Origin: Chthoniobacteraceae bacterium
GTDB taxonomy: Bacteria > Verrucomicrobiota > Verrucomicrobiia > Chthoniobacterales > Chthoniobacteraceae
NCBI GenBank assembly: GCA_037190965.1
Contig: JBBCKI010000064.1
Span: 12,254 to 76,253 of the forward strand
Reading direction: 5' to 3'
Length of the DNA: 64,000 nt
In this document: positions 37,671 to 47,237 of the stretch, in pieces
How the letters are laid out: every line of letters begins with the position of its first letter
Numbering within the stretch: the stretch's first letter is position 1
The notes under the pieces: generated by a model
The model's input: only the letters and a program-made list of their open reading frames with translations
Database searches by the model: none
What the model was told of the DNA's origin: nothing
Position numbers and translations under genes: made by a program

Positions 37671-37839
37671 GTTTAACCCTAACTCCGACGTTAATCGCGG
37701 CGATCTGACGCAATTTGTTGGCCGCGAGTGCCTTTCGTCAGAGGCTCACCATATCTAAAAATACGCTTCGCCCTTCCTCAAGTCATCGCGACTCAACCTT
37801 TTGCGCCAGCTCATCCGCTCCAACATCGGAGTTAAGGTT
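37671..37839 (-). ncRNA. Candidate structured ncRNA, rod-hairpin family, copy 2
   Basis: Same length and loop motifs as 20051-20219; stems differ in sequence but still pair; A.C mismatches on + become G.U on -. Confidence 0.7.
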
Positions 37840-37971
37840 TAATCGGATCATTTGACTTGCCGCCCGGTTCGCGCTTAACTCCCCGCGCCGATAAGTTCCT
37901 CCGCCACCACTATTTCCGATGTCAACGATCCCAGTCGCCCGGTTTCACTTTCCAAGGGAGGCCCGCCCGTA

Positions 37972-38973
37972 ATGAGTCTCGCTTCTTCCAAAACCCAGGC
38001 CGAACTGGCCGCCTCGCAGCGTTTCGAAAAGACGGTCGCGCTGTTTACCGTGATCACGCCGTTCCTCGGGGTCATGGCCGCGATGGTGCTTCTTTACGGC
38101 GGCAATTACCTGCACGCCGTCGATCTTTGGGGTTTTTTCGCGATGTTCGTGTTCACCACCTACGGGCTGACAATGGGGTACCATCGGCTCTTCACGCACA
38201 AGAGCTTCCGCTGTGTCGCTCCCGTCAAGGCGGCCCTTTGCATCGGCGGGACGATGGCCGCGCAGGGTTCCGTCGTGTTCTGGGTGGCCCATCATCGCAA
38301 GCACCACATGCACAGCGATGAGATCGATGACCCCCATTCGCCGCATTTCGCGGGCGGCGGCCTCAAGGGGCTCTGCCTCGGCTGGTGGCATTCGCACCTT
38401 GGCTGGATGTTCGTCAACGAGCCGATCAACTACTTCCGCCTCGCCCCCGATCTTCTTCGCGACCCGCTGGTGATGCGGATTACCAAACGCTATTTCTTCT
38501 GGGTGATCGCCGGGATCGTTCTGCCGGGCATCGTCAGCGCGCTGGTCACGCAGTCCTGGATGGGATTGGTGACCGGGATGCTGTGGGGCGGGCTGGTGCG
38601 GATTTTCGTCGTGCACCACACCACCTGGAGCATCAACTCCATTTGCCACATGTTCGGCGCGTCTCCTTTCGACAGCAAAGACGAGAGCCGCAACAATGTT
38701 GCCTGCGCCCTGCTGACCTTCGGCGAGGGGTGGCATAATAATCACCACGCTTTCCCGACCTCCGCGCGCCACGGTCTCTTCTGGTGGCAGCTCGATATGG
38801 TCTACATCCTCATCAAGACGCTTTCGGCGATTGGGCTGGCGTCCGACATCCGGTTGCCTGATCCCAAGCAGATGGAAGCGCGGCGGCGTTCGGCGAAGGC
38901 TGTGTCCGCACAGGAGGATGCGTCCGAAGCGACGGAAGCCGCGGCCGTGGAAGGCGAGACAGTTTCGCCTTAA
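37972..38973 (+). CDS. Delta-9-type acyl-CoA/acyl-lipid desaturase
   Basis: His boxes HRLFTH, HRKHH, 'GEGWHNNHH'. Confidence 0.92.
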   Translation: MSLASSKTQAELAASQRFEKTVALFTVITPFLGVMAAMVLLYGGNYLHAVDLWGFFAMFVFTTYGLTMGYHRLFTHKSFRCVAPVKAALCIGGTMAAQGSVVFWVAHHRKHHMHSDEIDDPHSPHFAGGGLKGLCLGWWHSHLGWMFVNEPINYFRLAPDLLRDPLVMRITKRYFFWVIAGIVLPGIVSALVTQSWMGLVTGMLWGGLVRIFVVHHTTWSINSICHMFGASPFDSKDESRNNVACALLTFGEGWHNNHHAFPTSARHGLFWWQLDMVYILIKTLSAIGLASDIRLPDPKQMEARRRSAKAVSAQEDASEATEAAAVEGETVSP

Positions 38974-39001
38974 TGAAAACAAAATTGAGGGCCTTCGGCC
39001 G

Positions 39002-39106
39002 GGGCGGCGTCGTGTAACTCCGCCCTCCGAAGATCGCGCGGCAAGCGCGCAGGATGGGCGTTGGTAGGCAAATAACCCCAACGGAGGGCGGAGCTCCGCG
39101 ACGCCG
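39002..39106. repeat. REP-like family A inverted pair
   Basis: 39002-29 (degenerate) and 39082-106, between convergent genes. Confidence 0.8.
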
Positions 39107-39129
39107 TTGCATTCGGCGTCGATCCCAAC

Positions 39130-39330
39130 CTATCCTCCCGCCGCAATTCGCAGGATCTCCAACCGGTCGCCATCGGCCAAGGCGCAGCCTTCCCACTCCG
39201 TGCGATGCAGGGCGCATTCGTTATGTTCGACCAGGAGCGTCTGAGGCGCGAGGCCGAGGGCCTCGATTAATTCGGGCAAAGTGCGGACGCCGGGGAATTC
39301 GCGAGGTTCGCCGTTAAGGGTGAGTTTCAT
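39130..39330 (-). CDS. thiS: Sulfur carrier protein ThiS
   Basis: 'LTLNGE', ubiquitin-like size, C-terminal GG; next to thiH. Confidence 0.9.
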   Translation of the reverse strand: MKLTLNGEPREFPGVRTLPELIEALGLAPQTLLVEHNECALHRTEWEGCALADGDRLEILRIAAGG

Positions 39331-39343
39331 GATTTGGGGGGGC

Positions 39344-40477
39344 TCAGGCCGCGCTTGAATCAGCCATCAAAATGCCCGGGTCCCAATCCTTCCAGACCGG
39401 TTCGTAGCCACGCGACCGGAGCAGGGCGGCAATTTCCGCCGGAGAGCGGGGATCGGAAATCTCGAACTGCGGGGTGGCACCCTCTTCGGCTTCGGCCGGG
39501 TTTTCCAGCGCGACCTGCTTGCCCCGGACGGTTTGATGCAACGCCTCCCGGCCCTGTCCCGTATAGCCGCCCGGTTCCGTATGGCTCCCGGCGCTCATCA
39601 TGGTGACGCCAAGGGGGATCAGCGAATCCCGAAGCTCGGGAGTCTCCCGGGTGCTCAGGACGATGCCGACCTGCGGAAAACAGAGGCGCATGGCGCAGAC
39701 CAGCTGAACGAACTCGCGATCCGGCAGCGTGAAGCGCGGCTGGAACCCGCCTGCGGCGGGGCGCATCCGGGGGAAGGAGACGGTGAACTGCGCCTTCCAG
39801 CAATGCTTGAGGAGGTGCTCCAGATGGGCCGCGAGCGCCATTGCCTCTTCCTTCCAATGCCAGAGCCCGAAGAGCGCGCCGATGCCGATCCGGCGGAATC
39901 CCGCCGCGTAAGCGCGCTCCGGGCAGGCCAGCCGCCAGAAAAAGTCTTTCTTGGGGCCGCTGACGTGAAGCTCCTGATAGGTCGGCACGTGATAGGTCTC
40001 CTGATAGACGACAAGCCCCTCCGCGCCCGCCTTCACGAGCGGGATGTATTCCTCGGTCTCCATCGGGGCGACTTCGAGCGACAGGCTCGGGACTTCCGGG
40101 GCCAGCGCCTGCACGCACCGTTCCAGATAGCCGTTGGAGACGAACTTCGGGTGTTCTCCCGCGACAAGGAGAAGATTGCGGAATCCCTCATCCATGAGAT
40201 GCCTCGCCTCTTTCCTCATCTGTTCCACATCGAGCGTTACACGGAGGATCGGGTTATCCCGAGAGAAACCGCAGTAAGTGCAGGTGTTGATGCACTCGTT
40301 GGAAAGATAGAGGGGCGCGAAAAGGCGCATTGCCTTTCCAAAATGAGCCAGCGTGGTGTAATGCGCCTGCTGCGCCATCGACTCCAATTCGGAGTCGGGC
40401 TTCGGTTCGAGCAGTTGGGCGAACCGGCGCATCAATGGCGATGGCGCCAGCGTAGGATAGAGATCGGCAAAACTCAT
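39344..40477 (-). CDS. thiH: 2-iminoacetate synthase ThiH
   Basis: 'PLYLSNECINTCTYCGF', 'VYQETYH', 'SAGSHTEPGGY', 'QFEISDPRS', 'PVWKDWD'. Confidence 0.93.
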   Translation of the reverse strand: MSFADLYPTLAPSPLMRRFAQLLEPKPDSELESMAQQAHYTTLAHFGKAMRLFAPLYLSNECINTCTYCGFSRDNPILRVTLDVEQMRKEARHLMDEGFRNLLLVAGEHPKFVSNGYLERCVQALAPEVPSLSLEVAPMETEEYIPLVKAGAEGLVVYQETYHVPTYQELHVSGPKKDFFWRLACPERAYAAGFRRIGIGALFGLWHWKEEAMALAAHLEHLLKHCWKAQFTVSFPRMRPAAGGFQPRFTLPDREFVQLVCAMRLCFPQVGIVLSTRETPELRDSLIPLGVTMMSAGSHTEPGGYTGQGREALHQTVRGKQVALENPAEAEEGATPQFEISDPRSPAEIAALLRSRGYEPVWKDWDPGILMADSSAA

Positions 40478-40571
40478 CGGCGGCGATCATGAAATCGAAG
40501 ACGAACAAAGACAAGACCTTGATGGGAGGGGCGGGTTGCCTGCCCACCTTCGAATTTGGGGTGGGACCGCG

Positions 40572-41294
40572 ATGATTTACCCCTTGAACAACCGCCTTGT
40601 CGTCCTGGTCATTCGCGTCTTTGCGTGGGGCGTGCGATGGACGCTGCGCCGCCGCTTCTACGGCGTCTATGTGCGCGGAACGCCTCCCGCCCTGCAGCCC
40701 GGGCAGCCGGTGATCTTTTGCGTCAACCACACGAATTGGTGGGATGGGTTTGCCATCGCCTCGTTGCTCCCGCTGTTCCCCAAAAAGCGTTTCTATGTGG
40801 CGCAATATGAGAAGCTGCTCGCGCGGTATCGCTTCCTCCGGTGGTTTGGGGCCTTCGGGCTGGATCTGGACGGCTCGGCGCTGCCGGGGCTTCGGTATGC
40901 GCTGAAGCTTCTGCGGGATCCGGACAATGTCCTCTGGATCTTTCCCCAGGGGATGCTTCTGCCGCAATGGATCCCCATCCGCATCAAGCCGGGCGCTTTT
41001 TGGCTCGCCCGGCGGAGCGGGGCCGTGGTGGTCCCGGTGGCGTTCCGTTATGAATGGATGGTGGAATCGCGTCCAAGCCTGTTCATCAGTTTCGGGGAGC
41101 CGCTGCCCCCTGAGGCCCCGGACGCAGTGCTGGAGGCGGCGCTTCAACGGCTTTACGACGGGATCGGCGAGACACTTGCGCCGGTTGATCTCACATCCTA
41201 CCATCCCCTGTTTACGCCGCGCCTTTCGATGAATAAACTTTGGGATTGGCTTCGGTGTTTTGGCAGCAACTCCTTCAATCCTCGCAACGAATGA
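40572..41294 (+). CDS. Lysophospholipid acyltransferase family protein
   Basis: HX4D 'NHTNWWDG', 'WIFPQG'. Confidence 0.85.
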   Translation: MIYPLNNRLVVLVIRVFAWGVRWTLRRRFYGVYVRGTPPALQPGQPVIFCVNHTNWWDGFAIASLLPLFPKKRFYVAQYEKLLARYRFLRWFGAFGLDLDGSALPGLRYALKLLRDPDNVLWIFPQGMLLPQWIPIRIKPGAFWLARRSGAVVVPVAFRYEWMVESRPSLFISFGEPLPPEAPDAVLEAALQRLYDGIGETLAPVDLTSYHPLFTPRLSMNKLWDWLRCFGSNSFNPRNE

Positions 41295-41301
41295 TCGCCC
41301 A

Positions 41302-42474
41302 ATGATTGTCTATCAGGCTGTAATCCTCCTCTTTCTCTTCGGTTGTTTGGCGATGATGTTCTGGAATCTCAGCGCGTTCCGGTCGGTGCGGCTGCTGGAT
41401 GAAATGCCCGGGGAAGACGCGCCGCTGGTTTCCGTGTTGGTTCCCGCGCGCAATGAGGCGTTGCGGATCGGCCCGTGCGCTTCTTCGCTCGCCTGCCAGC
41501 GGTATCCGAACTTCGAGGTCCTTGTGCTCGACGATCATTCCGAAGATGGGACCGCCGGGGTGCTGCGGGATTTGGGGTACTCGGACGACCCTTCCGCGCG
41601 GCTTCGGATCCTAACCGGGCAGCCGCTGCCTGCCGGTTGGACCGGCAAAGGGTGGGCCTGTCACCAACTCGCCGCGGCCGCCAAGGGCGAGTACCTCCTT
41701 TTTATCGACGCCGATACCGAGCATGCCCCGCAGATGCTGGCCTCCACGGTGGCCATGGCGCGGGAGACCGGGGCGGATCTCCTCTCCGCATGGCCTCGTC
41801 TCCTGGCCTTCACCTGGAGCGAAAAGGCGATCCTCCCGATGCTTCATGTCGCCTTCGTCTACTACCCGCACGCGCTCTGGGAGTGGATCCAGAGCACTCC
41901 CGAGCGGCTCCAGAGCGTTTCCGCAGAGAGGCGGCGGGCGATGGGGGCGGCCAATGGGCAGTTCATTTTTTTCCGCAGGACCGCGTACGAACAGGTCGGC
42001 GGGCATGCCGATTGCCGCAGCCATATGGTGGAGGATCTCGCCCTCGGGCGCGCCACCGCAAGGGCGGGGTTGCGGCTCGTCAATTGCGACGGATCCGCCA
42101 TTTCGCGCGTGCGGATGTATACCTGTTTTTCCGAAGTATGGGAGGGGTTCACCAAGAACATCCGCGCGGCTTTCGAGAACGCGCTGGCCATGTATTTTCT
42201 GACCGGGACGGTGCTCTGCGCCACCTTCCTGCTCCCGTTTGTATTCGTCTGGTTTACTGAAGGGTTGGCCCGGTGGCTGGTGCTGGGACAGATCGCGGTG
42301 ATTTATGCCATCCGCATCCGCCTGACCGTGCGCTTCGGGACCTCGTGGCTCGGTTGTCTTCTCCATCCCGTCGGGCAGGCGTTGACGACCGCCATCGCGC
42401 TCAACTCCTGGCGTTGCAGCGCCGGGAAGGGGGTGACCTGGAAGGGGCGGCGGTACGATGTCGTCCATCCTTAG
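41302..42474 (+). CDS. Membrane glycosyltransferase family 2 (CrtQ/CruC/HpnB-like)
   Basis: 'SVLVPARNE', 'LPAGWTGKGWACHQL', 'FIDAD', 'ANGQF', 'VEDLAL', 'TWKGR'. Confidence 0.85.
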   Translation: MIVYQAVILLFLFGCLAMMFWNLSAFRSVRLLDEMPGEDAPLVSVLVPARNEALRIGPCASSLACQRYPNFEVLVLDDHSEDGTAGVLRDLGYSDDPSARLRILTGQPLPAGWTGKGWACHQLAAAAKGEYLLFIDADTEHAPQMLASTVAMARETGADLLSAWPRLLAFTWSEKAILPMLHVAFVYYPHALWEWIQSTPERLQSVSAERRRAMGAANGQFIFFRRTAYEQVGGHADCRSHMVEDLALGRATARAGLRLVNCDGSAISRVRMYTCFSEVWEGFTKNIRAAFENALAMYFLTGTVLCATFLLPFVFVWFTEGLARWLVLGQIAVIYAIRIRLTVRFGTSWLGCLLHPVGQALTTAIALNSWRCSAGKGVTWKGRRYDVVHP

Positions 42475-42501
42475 AGATAGTGGGGCGCGATATGAGTGGG
42501 G

Positions 42502-42765
42502 ATGTATCATCTCCTCATTCGCCAGAAAGTCGCCGATTACGACCAGTGGTGGGCGTTCCATCAGTCCACGCGCCCCTCGCGCGATCTGGCGGGGCTGGAG
42601 GAGAGAAACGTGTTTCGCAATCTCAGCGATCCCGACGAAGTCTTCCTGCTCTTCGCCTTCCACGATCTCATGAAAGCGGAGTCGTACGTGGCCAGGCTTG
42701 ACTACCCTCCGCATTTGAAGGAAGCCGGAGTTGTCGACCGGCCCGATGCCTATTTTTTAACCTGA
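42502..42765 (+). CDS. Small dimeric alpha-beta barrel-like protein
   Basis: 'HLLIRQKVADYDQW...VFRNLSDPDEV' pattern. Confidence 0.65.
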   Translation: MYHLLIRQKVADYDQWWAFHQSTRPSRDLAGLEERNVFRNLSDPDEVFLLFAFHDLMKAESYVARLDYPPHLKEAGVVDRPDAYFLT

Positions 42766-42858
42766 AGGCGGGTGGAAACGCGAGCGGATAATTCGCAGGC
42801 GTCCCTTCCAGTTTCGCTTGGCAAGCGCGATCGCACTCGATAACCACGCTTCCAGCAG

Positions 42859-43605
42859 ATGGAATGGTTACTCGATCCGCAAGTTTGGTTCAGCCTCGCG
42901 ACTTTGACTTTTCTGGAAATCGTCCTTGGCATTGATAACATTATCTTCATCTCGATCCTCGCCAACAAGGTACGGCCGGATCAACGGGCGCGGGCGCGTC
43001 AACTGGGGATCGCCTTTGCGCTGATCACCCGTGTGTTGCTGCTTTGCGCGTTGGCATGGTTGATTGGGTTGACGAAACCGCTCTTTGAGGTGCTCGGGCA
43101 TTCCGTTTCCGGCAAGGACCTCATCCTCCTGATCGGGGGATTGTTCCTCATCGCCAAAAGCACGCATGAGATTCACGGTACCCTGGAAGGAGAAGAGGTG
43201 GCCGACGTTATCGGCGTTCAAGGGAAGTCGGCCGGTCTTCTGTCCGTCGCCATTCAAATCGGGCTCATGGACATCATCTTCTCGCTCGATTCGGTGATCA
43301 CGGCCGTCGGCATCGCCCAGCATCTTCCTGTGATGATCGCGGCGGTGGTGCTGGCCATGGCGGTGATGCTCTTGCTTGCCGGCCCGATCAGCGCCTTCGT
43401 GGATCGTCACCCGACCGTCAAGATGTTGGCGCTCAGCTTTCTGATTCTCATCGGGGTGGTGCTGGTTGCCGACGGCTTCGGCCAACACATTCCGAAGGGG
43501 TATATCTACTTCGCGATGGCTTTCTCGATGGGAGTCGAGATGCTCAACATCAAGGTCCGCAAGAAGCGCAAGCCGGTGCACCTGCGGAGCCGTGTTGGGG
43601 ATTAG
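42859..43605 (+). CDS. TerC family membrane protein
   Basis: 'LEIVLGIDNIIFI', 'DIIFSLDSVITAVG'. Confidence 0.92.
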   Translation: MEWLLDPQVWFSLATLTFLEIVLGIDNIIFISILANKVRPDQRARARQLGIAFALITRVLLLCALAWLIGLTKPLFEVLGHSVSGKDLILLIGGLFLIAKSTHEIHGTLEGEEVADVIGVQGKSAGLLSVAIQIGLMDIIFSLDSVITAVGIAQHLPVMIAAVVLAMAVMLLLAGPISAFVDRHPTVKMLALSFLILIGVVLVADGFGQHIPKGYIYFAMAFSMGVEMLNIKVRKKRKPVHLRSRVGD

Positions 43606-43629
43606 TCCCAAACCGGAAACGCCATTCAC

Positions 43630-43705
43630 CTCGCGCCAAGGACGCCAAGCTCCCCAAGTCTTCAGAATCTTCCAACCTTGGCGGGCTTGGCGTTCTTGGC
43701 GCGAG
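43630..43705. repeat. Palindrome built from 9-nt 'NNNGCCAAG'-type repeats
   Basis: CTCGCGCCAAG GACGCCAAG CTCCCCAAG ... CTTGGCGGG CTTGGCGTT CTTGGCGCGAG. Confidence 0.8.
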
Positions 43706-43770
43706 ACAAAAGCCGGTGGATCATTCTGTGGTTGCCCCGGGGAGTGGTTTATGCTTTGTTATACCGAGAC

Positions 43771-43950
43771 ATGGCAACCAACGCATCCTTCCAATCTTTT
43801 GAGATGGCGGGCCCGCTTTCCGGCGGTGGGCGTTGCATGTCCATCCAGCGCCCTGCCCAGCAGGTTCTGCCCTTCGTGCTGTTCAAGCGCATGGAGCGGA
43901 CGAAGCGCTTCTCCCACCGACTCGCGGCTTGCCGCCAGTCGTGGGAATAG
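43771..43950 (+). CDS. Small ORF (59 aa) upstream of rnk
   Basis: ATG-started ORF filling the gap; no recognisable domain. Confidence 0.4.
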   Translation: MATNASFQSFEMAGPLSGGGRCMSIQRPAQQVLPFVLFKRMERTKRFSHRLAACRQSWE

Positions 43951-44090
43951 AGCCAAGCCGCTCTAAGAGTTCACTCTATTCCCCGGATTTCTCCGAAAGA
44001 GAGACGCCGCTTTCCATTCCCCCTTTATCCAAACCCTTATCGGGCGTTGCCTGCCTGCAAACTGAACTGAAAACTTCCAATAGTACACGT

Positions 44091-44501
44091 ATGAACAACC
44101 GTATCTATATCTCCGAACGGGATGCGAAACGCATCAAAGCGCTGGTCGATACCGCACCGAGAGTGGATCCTCGCACGCGCGAGTATATGGCCCGGCTGGA
44201 GGCTGAGCTGAACCGTGCCAAGATCGTGCCGGAAGACAAGCTGCCTCACGATGTCATCACCTTGAATTCTCAGGTGGAGCTTGAGGACCTCTCGGACGGC
44301 GAAATCATGAACTACGTCCTCGTTTTCCCCGAGGAGGCCGACGCGTCGGAAGGAAAGATTTCCATTCTGGCTCCCTTGGGAACCGGGATGCTCGGTTATC
44401 AGGCCGGCGACGAGTTCTCCTGGGAGACCCCTGGAGGCAAGGTCCGCTTGAAAGTGCGTAAAGTCGCCCCCCGGGAAGTAAAAGCGGGGCTGGGGCTATA
44501 G
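44091..44501 (+). CDS. rnk: Rnk (GreA/GreB family) regulator
   Basis: 'LEAELNRAKIV...DVITLNSQV', 'LVFPEEAD...KISILAPLGTGMLGY'. Confidence 0.88.
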   Translation: MNNRIYISERDAKRIKALVDTAPRVDPRTREYMARLEAELNRAKIVPEDKLPHDVITLNSQVELEDLSDGEIMNYVLVFPEEADASEGKISILAPLGTGMLGYQAGDEFSWETPGGKVRLKVRKVAPREVKAGLGL

Positions 44502-44533
44502 CTCTGGCACAAAAAAACCAGAATTTGAAATGA

Positions 44534-44572
44534 TTCGGGCTCGTAGTTCCTTTTGGGGGCTACGAGCCCGAA
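44534..44572. terminator. Strong hairpin downstream of rnk
   Basis: TTCGGGCTCGTAG...CTACGAGCCCGAA; no clear U tract. Confidence 0.45.
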
Positions 44573-44596
44573 CGACGTAAGGACATAAGATCACAC

Positions 44597-45010
44597 ATGA
44601 CGGAGACTTGTTACACAGCGCCTTCCCGTGAGTGCGTGGAGTGGGCTCGCCGGGTTAACAGCCGGTGGTTGGTGCATGAGGGCTTGAACGAGACGGCCCG
44701 GATGTATCTGGACCATCTGGCCGACACGGACCCCCGGCGCTTGGAGAAGTCGTGCTGGATCGCCCGGGCGCTCGTCCGTCAAAACCGTGACACTGAGGAC
44801 CCCAAGCCCCGCTTCTACGGCGGGCTGTTTTGCCTCGCCACCCCGGAGGAAGCCCAGCGTTTCTTCAGTGATCGCCTTTTCATCGCGGCTCTTTGGCCCG
44901 GCCTTGAGTTGTCTTCAGCCCACGTTGAGAAGTTGAGCGAGGAGACGGTCCGGAAACTGGCGGCCCTTCGCGAGGAGATCGTTCGGGTCAAAACGCAAAT
45001 CCAAAGCTGA
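44597..45010 (+). CDS. Hypothetical protein
   Basis: 137-aa ORF; 23-bp convergent overlap with the tamA-like gene. Confidence 0.6.
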   Translation: MTETCYTAPSRECVEWARRVNSRWLVHEGLNETARMYLDHLADTDPRRLEKSCWIARALVRQNRDTEDPKPRFYGGLFCLATPEEAQRFFSDRLFIAALWPGLELSSAHVEKLSEETVRKLAALREEIVRVKTQIQS

Positions 45011-47237
45011 AGTGCCACGCGCCGCGTGGCTGGTCGCCCTTGCGCACCGGATTGTGGCCGTAGTCGACGCGGATGGGGCCGATGGGGAGTTGATAGCGCA
45101 GGCCCGCGCCGACGGCGTACCCGGTTTCTCCGATGCCGTCGCTTACGGTCCGACCGACGCTCCCGGCGTCGAAGAAGACCGCGCCCTTGAGGTTGGCGTA
45201 AATCGGGAAGGTGTTTTCGATATTGAAGGTGGTGAAGGTCTGCCCGCCGATGGAGTGGCCAAACTTGTCCTTCGGCCCGAGGCTTCGCTCCACGTAGCTC
45301 CGCACGCTGCGGCTGCCGCCGTTGAAAAAGCGTTCGTCGATGGGAAGGCTGTGGTCGCCGTGCAACGGGAGAATGACGCCGCCCCGGAGGCCGACGGCGA
45401 GAAGCGTTTTGCCGATGGGAAGGTAATAGGAAACCCGGGCGGTGCTGCGGACGAAATCGACGGTGCTCCCCAAAGCGGCGAGCGCGAAGTCGCTGGTGGC
45501 GTTCATGACGAGCCCCTTGGTGGGGTTGAGGACGCTGTCCCGGAAGTCGAGCGTGGCCGAGGTGCCGAGGCTGTTGACGAGGTAGCGGGTGGGGCCAAGC
45601 TCGAGAGGATCAATCCCCCCGGTGTTGTCGATCTGCACCCCGCGCGTGAGAACGAACGCGGAGAGTTCCAGGTTCTTGCCGATCTTGCGGGATAACTCGG
45701 TATGAATTCCCGATTCGAGCTTGGAATAATCGTTAAGCTGCTGGCTCAGGAGGTACCCCCGGAACCGGAGGGTATAGTTGGTATCCAGCACCCACGGGTC
45801 GGTGTAGAGGAACTCGCCTCGAAGGAGGTTTTGCGCGATCTCCGCGTTGATGTTGAGCGGGCGGCCCATGCCAAAAAGATTCCGGTCAACGTATCGGGCA
45901 CCGAGGATGATCCCCTCGAGAGAACCGTAACCGAGGGAGAAACCGAGTTCCCGCGCCTTGGCTTCTTCGACCTCGAAGTCCAGCCGCACTTCGTGATTGG
46001 GGAGGGGAGTTTGGGTCAGCTTGAGGTTTGAGAAAAGCCCCGTGCTCATCAGCATCCGGTAGCGTTCCTCCACCTTTGCAGGATCGTACGGCTGGCCTTG
46101 CAGGCTCTTGAATCGTCTCTCCAGAAAGCCGGGCCGTAGTCGTTGCCTCGATTCGTCTTTGTATTTCTGGGTGACACCGTCGAACCGATAGAGATCGCCC
46201 GCATCGACGATGAACTTCACGGGCACGACTCCGTTGACGGCCCGCGATGGGTCGCTCTCCGAGCGGGCTTTCGCCATGAAGTAACCGCGCGATCGGTAGA
46301 AATAGACGATCTTTCTCTCCAGGTTGGTGACCGCCAGCGGCGTGTACGGCTTGGAGGTGAAGACCTCCAGTTCCTTGAGCAGAGTGCTGTGGGGGAAGAA
46401 GAGGATATCCCCCTCGAGCTCGATTTTGCCGAAGCGGTACTGCGTGCCTTCCTCAACGGTAATGACAAGATTGGCGCGGGTTTTGTCGGGGGAGAGGGTG
46501 ATGGCCGGTTCCTCAACCACCACATCGAGATACCCTTCCGAGCGGTAATATCCGCGTATCCGGTCCGTGCCGCTCCGGATGTTGCTCTCCACGAACGGAA
46601 TCACCGGCGGTTTTTCACCGGAAAAGCCGGTCAGAACTTTGAATAGCGTCCCGGAGGGAATGGCCCGGTTTCCTTGAAAGACGACTTTCCCCAAGGTCGT
46701 CAGCGGGCCTTCGTAAATGGTGAGAATGAGGAGATTCCCCCGGCCGATGGACCACTTTACCGAGGCCTGTGAATAGCCATTCTTTCGATAAAACACGCCG
46801 AGGAAAAACGCCGTGTCGTCGGCGAGCGCCGGGGAGAGCCCGGATTCTCCAATCTCGGAGAGTTGGTCGGCAATAGCGGCGCGGATCTGGTCTTCGCTGA
46901 AATGAGTGTTGCCCTGGAGTTGCAACCTGACCGGAGTGGTGGGCCGCCGCGCTGGCCGCTGGGGTAGTGGGGGCAGGGGTTCCAAGGCTTCCAGAGGCTC
47001 CTGTGGCGGCGCGGGAGGAAGTGCGGGAGGCGGAATTGGGTGCGGGGTGGGAAGCGGAGAAGGTGTGGGCGCGGGCTTGGGCGGTTTTGGGGGTTTCGCA
47101 GGAGCGACACCTCTCTGTTCCGGGCCGGCAGGGAGCGGCGGTTCCGGGAAGAAGCGTTGGGCGTGGAGCGGAAGGTTCAGCGCAAAGGTGAGGATAAGAA
47201 GAAGAGAAAAGAGTGGGCCTGCGGCCAAGGGCGGCAT
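44988..47237 (-). CDS. Omp85/BamA-TamA family outer membrane protein
   Basis: POTRA repeats, 'FFNGGSRSVRSY', 'GPIRVDYG', terminal 'FSFGFAF'; start chosen at the signal peptide and uncertain. Confidence 0.88.
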   Translation of the reverse strand: MPPLAAGPLFSLLLILTFALNLPLHAQRFFPEPPLPAGPEQRGVAPAKPPKPPKPAPTPSPLPTPHPIPPPALPPAPPQEPLEALEPLPPLPQRPARRPTTPVRLQLQGNTHFSEDQIRAAIADQLSEIGESGLSPALADDTAFFLGVFYRKNGYSQASVKWSIGRGNLLILTIYEGPLTTLGKVVFQGNRAIPSGTLFKVLTGFSGEKPPVIPFVESNIRSGTDRIRGYYRSEGYLDVVVEEPAITLSPDKTRANLVITVEEGTQYRFGKIELEGDILFFPHSTLLKELEVFTSKPYTPLAVTNLERKIVYFYRSRGYFMAKARSESDPSRAVNGVVPVKFIVDAGDLYRFDGVTQKYKDESRQRLRPGFLERRFKSLQGQPYDPAKVEERYRMLMSTGLFSNLKLTQTPLPNHEVRLDFEVEEAKARELGFSLGYGSLEGIILGARYVDRNLFGMGRPLNINAEIAQNLLRGEFLYTDPWVLDTNYTLRFRGYLLSQQLNDYSKLESGIHTELSRKIGKNLELSAFVLTRGVQIDNTGGIDPLELGPTRYLVNSLGTSATLDFRDSVLNPTKGLVMNATSDFALAALGSTVDFVRSTARVSYYLPIGKTLLAVGLRGGVILPLHGDHSLPIDERFFNGGSRSVRSYVERSLGPKDKFGHSIGGQTFTTFNIENTFPIYANLKGAVFFDAGSVGRTVSDGIGETGYAVGAGLRYQLPIGPIRVDYGHNPVRKGDQPRGAWHFSFGFAF

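Noticed and set aside
40478..40571. TPP riboswitch upstream of thiH
   Set aside because: Short region with no CUGAGA or other TPP core motifs.
42766..42858. yybP-ykoY riboswitch upstream of TerC
   Set aside because: No GGGGAGUA-type consensus visible.
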